Source: the human T2T-CHM13v2.0 reference genome, Homo sapiens. From it: a DNA stretch of 64,000 nucleotides. The DNA lies in NCBI RefSeq assembly GCF_009914755.1, contig NC_060931.1; one strand, written 5' to 3'. Made by a program: the position numbers and the translations under genes. A model generated the notes under the pieces. That model was not told where the DNA came from and ran no database searches. It saw only the letters and a program-made list of their open reading frames with translations. This document shows, piece after piece, positions 40,511 through 52,519 of this stretch. The first letter of the stretch is position 1; each line of letters begins with the position of its first letter.

Positions 40511-41155
40511 GTTATCTTGGGAAAAGATCATAGCAAGACTATGAGTACACATTGATAATATAGAATTACAAAATTGAAGGCACAGTATCACAGGAAACAT
40601 GCATACATCACTCCTAATCACACTACACACTTTTTCTACAGTGGCAACCACATACTTTTAACAAGTGCCCTAATTTATTATCTATTCTGAGACACAACAT
40701 TTGTTAGTCATGCCTACTGAATTCTTCAAATTTGGAATGCTTTGCCTCGTTCTCCTTTAACTGCCAAGCTCTTTGTAACCTGAAGATCTCTAACTTCAGC
40801 AGAAACACTTTCCTTTATAGTGAAAAAAAAAATTAATCTCTGTAAAGATTAATCTCAAGTGTGATTTAAATTACCATACTCCCTCATGTAGTCTCATCTT
40901 AATGTTTTCATGCCATTTGGCAATAGTGGTCACTATACTTCAAACAGTATTTTATCTACATTTCTTTAAAATATACTTATCAGTTGAAAGATGGAAAAAA
41001 AGAAAATACATTCACCTGGTTTTCCCCCTTTCTTGTCCATGTGGACACAGTTGTAGTGACCATATAATTCAATATTTTCTCATCTAGTCTTTGGTTATGC
41101 AGTGGTAAGAAAATTGATTGTAATAAGGATTTTATATTTTTAATTTTTTTTTCAG

Positions 41156-41284
41156 AGTATAACTTTTGAAATGGAAGAGATAATTTCTGACGTGTGAGAA
41201 TGGATGCACTAGAGTTGGAAGCAATATGACTGAAGAAGGCAAAACTCCTCCCAGGTGATTCCACATCATGAATTCCCACTCAAG
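41156..41284 (+). other. Candidate non-coding exon, 129 nt; unverified
   Basis: Acceptor tttttaatttttttttcag|A, donor AAG|gtgagc; stops in all three frames. Confidence 0.35.
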
Positions 41285-41407
41285 GTGAGCTTATTTATTA
41301 CTTCACTTCAACTCACACCTTCAGTTAAAGTTTTGTATTGACAACTTAAAATTTATCTCCTTCATTTAAATTTAATTACACTTTGTAAGTTGAGCCTCTT
41401 CCATTTA

Positions 41408-41757
<350 letters not shown>

Positions 41758-41789
41758 GAATTAAAAAATGAATATAATTTCACAAAGAC

Positions 41790-42850
41790 TGACACTGGGA
41801 CACTGAGGTAATCTGGAAAGTTTTATATTATAAGCTATAAAGGACAAAGTAATTGAAAGTATGGGGGTGGTGAGAGAGGAAGTTAGCTTGGGCACTGGGA
41901 TACAGGACTGTCATTTACTGGATACAAAACAAGGAAGAGAAAGGAGTTTGGTGAAAGGAGTGAGTGGGGATCCAAGTTAGATATCTTAAGTCTGAGGGTG
42001 CCTATGGCTTGTGGATGTTCAATTAGGTGTCCAGTACACCTAATACAATATTTTTCTTGCATATAAAAATATTGGGTTCAGGAGGGAATTAGGGACTAGA
42101 AATACACCTGGAAAAGATCACAGCATAAAGATAGTGATGGAAGCCTTGGCAGTGATGAGATTGCCCAGAATGTGGAGTGTGATCCTAGAGTCACTGATAT
42201 TTAAGAAGATACATAAAGATGAATTCAAAAATATTAGAAAAAAAAGTTGTTATAGAGGTAGGAAATGATGTGAAAGAATACTGTAATTAAAGCTAAAGAA
42301 AAGAGTATTTTCAAGAACAGTGGCCCATGTCAAATGTTACACAGTAATCAAATCGGATAAGGGGTGAAAGTATTCTAATGTGGCAATGAAGATGCAGAGG
42401 TCCCTTCATTGAGGTAGTGGTGAAGAACCCCAATTGTAGAGGCCTGGAAACCAATGAAGAGGAAAGGATGTACAAATACCAGATACAGAAATGCAGCCAA
42501 AGTGCTTGCTACCAAACAAGAGAAGGCAGCAACTGCTAGAAAATTGAACCTAGGAAGGATTATTAAAAAAAAAATAAAGAAAAACAATGGGAGATGTCTG
42601 AGCATACATTAATGGAAAATGGAAATGGGCATCTGAGCAGGACTTCCTGGAGGTAGACAAGAGGGACAAATAAGTGATGGAACAAAGTTCTTTTAGAGAC
42701 AAAGGATGAAGAATTCCAGAACATGAGGAATGAAATAACCTTCACAAAAGGGGCATGTGATTCTTTTCAGTCAGCAGGGTAAGGGGCAAGAGAGATGTGG
42801 GTGTAGTAAGGTTGTAGGCACCTGATTGTCCTCTCAAGATGCTGCACAAG
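41790..42850 (-). mobile_element. Degenerate L2
   Basis: gggttcaggagggaattagggactagaaat, agatagtgatggaagcc, gatgagattgcccag, tgtcaaatgtt. Confidence 0.65.
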
Positions 42851-43329
42851 AATTGGGAGGGGAAGGAACACAGATTCTAACATACAACATTCTGTGAAAC
42901 CCTCCCTTCAGTCCATGCATTCAGTTATTCATGGAATTTAGCTACTCATTTCCCTGAGTTATGCTATAGAGTCTATGTTACAGCCTGCAGCTATATATTT
43001 AGTATCTTATACTTAGCTTATTAAGCTTTAGCTTAATAGCTTTCATATCATATTCAATATCTTATATTTAGTGATATATTAGCTTTTGTTGAGGTAATAT
43101 ATAACTAAAGTTTTAGTGTAAAACACCAACATAGAATAAGCATAACAGGAGGCAAACCACAGAGGTTAGGTGGTATTTAAAATTAGTTTGAACAAGTGAC
43201 CAAACCTCTTCAGGGTGACATGGAGCAAACAATCTTACAAGGTTTCTCTGTGACGTTTATAGAATTTCCAGTTCTCTTCTTTATAGGAGACCCATCACGG
43301 TACCAACGAAATGAGATGTGCCTTTCAAC

Positions 43330-43815
43330 CCAATTCCTCTTTTACTTTAGCTCCTACTACTCATTCTCTCACTCACTCTGCTGGCGTTCTTCCCAGAATA
43401 TGCTAGAAATTCTCCATCACACCTTTGGGCCTTTGCTCTGGCTTTTTCCTCTGTCTGGAATGCTCTTCCCACAGATATCCCCTTGGTTAAGTCCCTTATT
43501 CCATTCAAATCTTTGCTCAAATCTCAACATCTCCAGGAGGCGAACCCTGACTACCATTTAATACCACAGTCTGCCCTTTCCCCATCCTTGCAGAACACCA
43601 TTAACCTACTCTGTGTTTTCTTGTCCACAGTACCTATCATTGTTTAAGATAGTGAATAATTTATTCATCATGTTTAGTGTTTTTTATCTGTCTCCTTCCA
43701 CAAGAATATAAGATTCACTATAGTACAAGTACTTGTTCTGTTCAAAGATGTATTCTGAGTCTCTAACTCAGTATCTGGCACATAGTGCTAAGTATCTGTT
43801 AAATGAATGAATGAA
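43330..43815 (+). mobile_element. L2a-like 3' end
   Basis: gggcctttgctctggc...tctgtctggaatgctcttccc...tctggcacatag...tgttaaatgaatgaatgaa. Confidence 0.85.
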
Positions 43816-44000
43816 TTTGATGCTGTGGTGATTCTCACTATGTTTAAAAATCATAGTGGTTGCTTATCTTAGAAATACATGTTGGACAATTTACAGAAAT
43901 TTTTCAAAATATCTATGCCTGGGGGGAAATGCAACTGAAATGTGTTCACTTTTACTTCCCTCCATGTATACGCCATAATCTTACCCAAAAGCAAATCACA

Positions 44001-44303
44001 GGCTGGGAGTGGTGGCTCACGCCTGTAATCCCAGTACTTTGGGAGCCCAAGGCAGGCAGACCACTTGAGTTCAAGAGTTCCAGATCAGCCTGGCCACCAT
44101 GGTGAAACCCCATCTCTACTAAAAACACAAAAATTAGCCGGGCGTGCTGACAGGTGCCTGTAGTCCCAGCTACTCAGGAGGCTGAGACAGAAGAATCGCT
44201 TAAATCCTGGAGGTGAAGGCTGCAGTGAGCTGAGATCACATCACTGCATTCCAGCCTGGGTGACAGAGAGACACTCTGTCTCAAAAAACAAAAACAAAAA
44301 CAG
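44001..44303 (+). mobile_element. Alu (old S or J)
   Basis: Full dimer with (A5C)n tail. Confidence 0.93.
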
Positions 44304-44520
44304 AAGTAAATCGGATCGCAGAAAGAAATACCTCATCATACCCTTTAAGGGAGTCTCTTACATTGCAAATATTCCATCACAATTATTCTTATAAAATTAC
44401 AATTCTGATGATAATCTACTGAAGTTAATTTAATTGCAAGGATGTACGATGTTGTTTCTGATAAAGAATGATCTTCTACCAAAAAAATTCATGCCTGTTA
44501 CTTTTGTTGCCTGGAGAAAG

Positions 44521-44522
<2 letters not shown>

Positions 44523-44569
<47 letters not shown>

Positions 44570-44574
44570 CTCTC
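44523..44574. repeat. (AC)22(TC)4 microsatellite
   Basis: Seen directly. Confidence 0.97.
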
Positions 44575-45768
44575 ATGTAAAGTTTTTCAATCATTTTAAC
44601 CAAGAAGTCAATAAGACCAATAAGATTATTCTTCCAAATGAATCTCAAATATTGTTCTACTTATAGTCTCTTAGCTGGTTTTTTGTCATTTTCATATACC
44701 TGAAAATAACCTGTAAGTTATATGGAAATTTGCAATGTGTTTTATGGTGAAGTCATTTTGTTTTTTATCACTAACATAGCAACACTAGTTTCTAAGAAAA
44801 CAGAATTGATACTTCCTCTGAGTGCACTCTGAGTTTTATACAATACTTACAAGAAATAATGAACAATTTCTGGCATCACTGGAGGGGTGTAAGTGATTTT
44901 ACATGTGTAAGTGATTAGGAAACTGAATGCTGAATTCTCCCAGAGCTTATCTTTTGTAATATGGAAAATCAAACCTCTCCTACATGTGATATTTGTCTTA
45001 GTAATCATGGGAACAATTAACTGTGCTTACAATTGGCTTCATAGCAGCAGCAGCAATGAGTTGAAGTAAGGTTAGAGAATTAGATTCATATTGTTCCTTA
45101 TGGAGATAACCCATTAGTAGGGCCTCTAAACAGGCAGTGCATTAATATGAAGACAGTGTGAGGGGGAAAATATCAAGCCACATAAAATTTGTTGTGATAG
45201 AGAAAGCTTGCTGAGTGTCATAAAAGGCTGAGGAGGTTTATCCACGTATGGATACAAGTATCATCTATTGGGGGACAAAACACAAAATAAACTACTCATG
45301 CAACGTTGTTGATTTAATAATAAATATTTTGAATGTATTATATTTAAATAAAACATAAATATCTCAAGTGAAGGAAAGATGTTGCATATAGAAGTATTTG
45401 CGCACACAAGAAGTGCCCACGTTCCTTCACTGTCCATCCACGAAGTACAAATTTTACCATCAGCATATAAAAGAACTACAATCACAGCTTATTGGTCACT
45501 ATAAATGTAGCACAAATCACTACACCTCATTCTCAAAATGCCACTGACTCAATACTGTGTGGATCAGACCACTAAAATGCCTCCACACAAAATCTCAACC
45601 TCAATTAATAAAATGAGATGTTAATAATGTCTGTTTTATTGGCCTGAAATGTAACACACCTTCTGGCATTTTTATTTTCTTAGAGACTAAACCATAGCAA
45701 GGAGTTTGTGATCACTGTATAGCGCTGAGTGAAACCTCAAAATACATTCTGGAATTTGTAAGGGATGC

Positions 45769-45796
45769 TTTTTTTTTTTTTTTTTTTTTTTTTTTT
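45769..45796. repeat. T28 homopolymer with no adjacent Alu or L1 body
   Basis: Seen directly. Confidence 0.95.
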
Positions 45797-46302
45797 GGTA
45801 TTTTCACTGTCAATTATGCCTCGTATTATTTATTTATTTGCCAAAATACGACTGTATGAAAAAAAGCTACCTCATAGAGCTCATGACACATAATAGGTAT
45901 TCACTGAGCATTTGGTGATTTGTTAAGCACTCACATCAATAAAATATTTCAGCTCAACAGGCACACTAGGGGCCAGATGAGCACTGACTTTCCCCATTGA
46001 GGAGTCTCGATTACCTCATGTCTCACTTCAAACAATTTATTTTTCTTGTATGCATAGCTGGGTTCAAGAGTTCTTTCTTGTTTTAATTGGATATATTCTT
46101 TTTCTTTTCTTTTTGTAAGTCCTATAATACAGTAAAGACATCAAATAGAACCCTTTTAGAGTTATGTGGAAAACTTTTATATATAAATATTTTATTTGGA
46201 CAGTTTTCACATAAAAATAGACATATGAAAATTTAAAAAAGAAAAGGTCCTGATGAGGAGGCTCCTATCAGAAAGTGACATTTACCTAAACCCTCTTATA
46301 TA

Positions 46303-46328
46303 ACAACAACAACAACAACAACAACAAA
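46303..46328. repeat. (AAC)n microsatellite
   Basis: Seen directly. Confidence 0.9.
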
Positions 46329-48691
46329 CTAAAGGTAAATACACCTGAAAGATACAAAAGAGGATGCCATGAGATACACCTGAATCTCTGAGGAAACACG
46401 TTCTCTCTCTTTCATTAGGTAAATTGCTTTGAATGACTTCTTTCATGTTTTACTGTTATATACCTTTATATTTTATCTCTCAAGCATTTGTTAATACGCC
46501 ACAAGCTATCCTATATGTGCTTTTTTTATACTTAGCAATGAACACAAAATGCATTCATTAACAAATAATTATACCAAATCAACAGCCTCCTTCTAAAATT
46601 AAAGGAAAGGGGTCTGAAAATGTTGCTTGTGACTAAGCAGGTTACGTCACACATGGAATTTAGATTCTGTTCCAAATCTGAGGACAGAAGCACACACCTT
46701 AGCAGGACCCCTTATTCCAATCACAAAAAGCAGAACCAGTCCCAGGAGTGTCTGTGTTTGAACTGTGCTTGATCTGGGATACTTTCAAACTGAATCAGAG
46801 GTAACTCATCTGAATTATCAAACAAAACTAATTATATAATCATAATCTCCTAAGATAAAAGTATGGGTTTTCCCTTAATACATGAACTTTTAAGATCAGG
46901 CCTCTTACTTCCCCAGTTGGATTTTTGCATACTCAGACATAAGGTCACCACCCTGTCTTTGGAATGACATTTTGTGTTTTTGTCCTATGACTCACCCATG
47001 CTTCTTGCTGTTCCTTCCATTCTGGACACAAATGAAGGCTCACAATTTGCCCTAAGGCATGTTTCAAAAGCAGCTTTACAGTGATTCACTGCCCTTTGGT
47101 CCTTCAGAGTATCAAAGCACATCTTTAAATCATGAGCAAAAAAAATGAGCACATCTTTAAATCATGAGACTTCAACAAAATGCAGTCATACCATTAATTA
47201 ACTCATAATTCACAAGAATCATTGCTCAACTTTCATTTTTACTTAGCAGTCATTACTTCCCACAAGAAATGTTTTTAAGAGTCTGAACTAAGAGTGAGGC
47301 ACTGTGATAAATCCAAGAGGTCGTTTCCTAACATCTAGGGTTTAAGTCACTGTCATGGCCACTTTATGAGCAGAAATTCCATTTTGGCAAAAATACTTGT
47401 TAACATGGTACATTTTCTTTGAATTGCATTAGTTTTGAATTTTAATTCTAATCTATTAATAAGCTCATTTTCATTTTATTGTTATAAAAAAAGTGAAAGC
47501 CCAAGAAATTTACCCGATTTTATATGCAGACAGATGTAAATGAAATCTCATACAATCAACTTGTTTCTCCTAAAAGATGTGAAATATTTAAGACATAACT
47601 ATCCATCTGAATTTCCACATTTTATAGGTAATCTCAAAATTGAGATTAATCCAAAATCATGAGTCTCTTAGTGAAAGCATCAAGAACAAGTTTCTTGACT
47701 CTAACATAGAGGACTTTTAACTACATTGTCTCTTCCTAACCGCTACAAAAATGTGAGACCCTCATAACTAACTTATCAAACATTAGATACTCTGTAAATA
47801 TATCCGATTTTTTTAAAAGACTCCTATGATTCAAAAGGATGAATAAATTAATGAAACTTTTTACAGACTTCTGTATTGACAATTCTGTAGTGAAGATAAG
47901 TAGCAAATATTTTCCATCAGTCTAAACAGAAGAGGCAAGCAGAGGGAAACTTCAGCTTTTGAGGGAAAGTGTTGATGCGAGAATGTAAGCAGTTCACTCT
48001 CATACAAACAACGGCTTTGTCTGCCATGGAAGCTAGTGCAAGGTAACCAAGATGTAAACTCTAAACACATGTTCAGCAGAAATAGTAAAGTGACTGTTTC
48101 TTTGTAGAAGAATTTCTTTATGTGTTTATTACTGCTTTGATGTACACCATAAATTTCTGCTTAAAGGTCACAAGATTGTGATAACAAATCAAAAACCAGG
48201 TTGTGATAATATGTTGACGGTGTAGGAACACTGTGTAAAGAACTGGAGAATAATAAACATTAAGGCCAGTACCGGCATTTTAAAAATACAGATTAGATGC
48301 TCTTAAAAAATCTTCTAAAAATATTTGGTTCCCACAAAGTACAAGCAAAATATTTTACTGTTGAGTAGAATTCATTCTTTTTATGAAATCCTTGTACTTG
48401 AAAGCTTTCATAAGATTATCGTTTTGTGATGACATTTCTCTTTAGAATGAGACAAGAAAGACAATTCTTATAATTAAACGTGTTAACTGGTTTAATAGTT
48501 TTGCAACTCAGGATTTTTCCCAATATATTGTTTCTGAAGCAGAGTATCACCTGATGTCTGAAATCTAATACCTTTTTTTGTTTGTTTGTTTTCAGACATT
48601 TGGAAGATAGCTCTTCTCTACATTTTCCCCCTCTTTTATCCCTAGGTAAATTGTTTAAGGAATAGTTTTTGCCTTCTTAAAAAACCTGGAT

Positions 48692-48990
<299 letters not shown>

Positions 48991-49712
48991 ATATCCTGTA
49001 TATTGGTTGTTGGTGAGTTCACATGAAAATACAATTGTTTAAGGTAAAAGCTTTAACAGCTCTTTCATAATATAAGTTTTAAACACATGAGTCAAAGTGA
49101 TGTAAATTTATATTTAAAATCAGTTTTCAAAACAATATCCAGCATAGGCACCTATAAACTATGTACATTCCACCGCTCCAAAAATACTGCATGTACATAT
49201 TTGCAACCTCTGCTGCTCCAGGCCAGTGACTGTGCCTGTGCAGTCCTTTAATCTAACTGTCTTGTCATCGCACAGTATGTCATTAGTTTATACAAACCTG
49301 CTGTGCTAAGCATCTATTACAACAAACCTGCTGATGACATATTGATTTTTTAGTTTCAGTTGTCCCCTTTGAGACCTTAGGACAGCTGTGTTTTTTGTAA
49401 GATTCCACTGAGTCTAAAATATACTCACATTATCCATTCAAACTAACTCAAATAGAGACATTGTTAATTACTAGTGAATGCATCTACTGTTGAAGATTCT
49501 ATCTAATAGAAAAGACCAATCAGCAAATTAATTTATATTATTGCACATATCAAGTCTACCTTTTTTTTTTACTTTTAATTTCTAAGATCTGCTAATGTGG
49601 TTATGACATGGTATTGGTATAATAAATATATACCATATATGCAGTATGTATTCATATATCTGTGCATTTATGAAACAGGCTCAGCTGGATGTTGTACAAC
49701 TGGAAATTAAAC

Positions 49713-50008
49713 TTTTTTTTTTTTTTTGGAGACAGAGTCTTGCTCTGTTGCCCAGGATGGAGTGCAGTGGTGTGATCTCAGCTCACTGCAACCTCCGCCT
49801 CCTGGGTTCAAGTGACTCTCCTGTCTCAGCCTTCTGAGTAGCTGGGATTACAGGCACGCACCACCATACCCAGCTAATTTTTGTATTTTTAGTACAGATG
49901 GGGTTTCACCATGTTGGTCAGGCTGGTCTCGAACTACTGACCTCATGATCTGCCTGCCTCAGCCTCCCAAAGTGCTGGGATTACAGGCATGAGCCACCTT
50001 GCCCAGCC
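49713..50008 (-). mobile_element. AluS (Sg-like)
   Basis: Full dimer; gacctcatgatc; TSD ttaaactt. Confidence 0.94.
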
Positions 50009-51486
50009 AGTTAAACTTCTTAAAAGTGACTTGCATTCTCAAGCTCTCCCATGACATATCATCTTAGAAGTTGCTTGGTTAGCAAAAATTCAGATATCTA
50101 AGGAGTTAGTTAAATGTTGCATCATAAAATTATTAAACCAACCTTGTGCTAAAATGTCACCAGCATTTATTCTAACCTTAAATTATGAATAATATGACCG
50201 AATATATGTAGTTAATAATCTCACCAAGTCTATTTTTTTAAATAACAAGACCAGTAAGAAAAGAATTAGGGTATTGCTAGGTAACAAATATTGATCAATT
50301 TTTCTTTCAATGCTAAACACTAAAGTCTTGAAATGTGTGCATGTTTGTATAAAATCATTAATATGTTATATAAATTAAATTAACTAAAATTTCAGCCTCT
50401 CAGTTCTTGACATACACATATAGTTACCAGGGAGTGAAATTAAAATATTCCCTTAAAAGATTTCTATTTTAATGTATCAGTGCCATTTTACAAAGCAGAT
50501 CCAAAATTTAAGGCATAATACATTAAGCACATTTAAATTTTCTCACATGAAATATTTTAAGTGTCTGCAAAGTTTTAACAGTTATTAAATATCTAAACAG
50601 ATTATGCTCACCAATTTTAGTATTCAAAACAATTAATTCAATTTGGTATAACAGAAATAGTATGAGGAAACAAGTCAATAAATAGAAAAGCACGATTTAT
50701 TGAAACTTTATGTGAGTTTCTCTGTGAGTTTCTCTCATGAGTTTCTCTCATAGTGAGAGTGAATGCCTCTCACTATGGTTCTATCTTCAGTAAATATATT
50801 AACTTTAGAGTAAAGCAGAAAGATTAAATCAATGATTCAAATCCCTGACCCAAGATTAAATGGATGAATCGAATCTCCAAATCAAAGCATTGGTAGTATG
50901 TCTAACAAATTACAGTATTAAACAATACAGTAGCCTTCAGGCAAAGGTTAAAGACTATTACCATCTATCTGTCAAACCAGTTATTTAGATGATGGTTACA
51001 GGCTTTACATTTCTTAGAGTTAATTACATCACAGATTTTTTAAATGAATTGAAAGAGCTGCTTATCCTGAGTAAAAAGCATAACTAAGATTGGATACATA
51101 CTGACAATTACCTGTCATGGGAAAAAATCTTAAAAGACTCCAAATACGTTCAACTCTTTAAGGCAATATTCTGGTGTTAGACATAGTCTAATATAGAGGC
51201 TTTTAAAATATTGATTTTTATATTATCTTAGACATCTCTGATTGTAATTTTGATTTCAATTTATCAACAGTAAATAGTCTACATAAAGAATATAGCTGGA
51301 AGGACAGAAATGTAGATTTATGCTACTTGTCTGAAAAGGTCTCTTATTACATGTTTTAAAGATTTAGTGATTTTTACATTAAAAAATAAAATGTTTTAGA
51401 AAGAAGTCTCTGGCAATTTTTCCCCTTAAACTATGAAAACTCAGAAATGATTCCTGAGTCTCTAGGCAACTTAAAAAGAAATAATT

Positions 51487-51850
51487 GGCCAAGTGTGGTG
51501 GCTCATGCCTGTAAATCCCAGCACTTTGAGAGGCTGAGGCAGGAGGATCCCTTGAGCTCAGGAGTTGGAGACTATCCTGGGCAACATGGCAAAACCCCAT
51601 CTCTACAAAAAATACAAAAAACTAGCCGGGCATGGTGGAGTGTGCCTGTAGTCCCAGTTATTTGGGAGGCCGAGGCAGGAGGATTACCTGAGTCCAGGAA
51701 AATGAGCCACTTGGGAGGCTGAGGCAGGAGGATCACCTAAGCCCAGGGAGGTAGAGGCTGCAGTGAGCTGAGATGACATCACTGCATCCCAGTCTAGGTG
51801 ATGGGAGTGAGACCCTGTCTAAAAATAAATAAATAAATAAATAGATAATA
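51487..51850 (+). mobile_element. AluJ with internal duplication of about 38 bp and (TAAA)n tail
   Basis: ttgggaggc(c/t)gaggcaggaggat(t/c)acct occurs twice in the right arm. Confidence 0.92.
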
Positions 51851-52224
51851 ATTACATGGTTCTTACAAGGTTGTTGACGTGAACATTAAGTCCAATAATA
51901 ATGTAGCAAAGAAACATCTAGGAGACATACATAAAATATCTATCTACATTGTAATTAACAAAGGACAAGGAAGACATTTCTACTATCGTTCTCAAGTGTC
52001 TGAATTTTCATTTATGTCATTACTTCTGTTTGTGTCAAAAGTATGAAGATTTTTATACCAAGATTTTATATACAGTTTTCCTTATAGACATTATAGACAT
52101 TTAAAATATTATAACCACAATAACAAAAAAATATTGAGTCCAACTAAGAAGATGGTATATTTTATCCCATAATTTAATGTTAAAATGTACCTTGATTTTA
52201 TCTTTTATTTGAAATGCATTTTAA

Positions 52225-52519
<295 letters not shown>

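Noticed and set aside
47864-47945. Minus-strand exon after ctctgcttgcctcttctgtttag
   Set aside because: Good acceptor but only a weak donor (TCT|gtaaaa); peptide not recognised.
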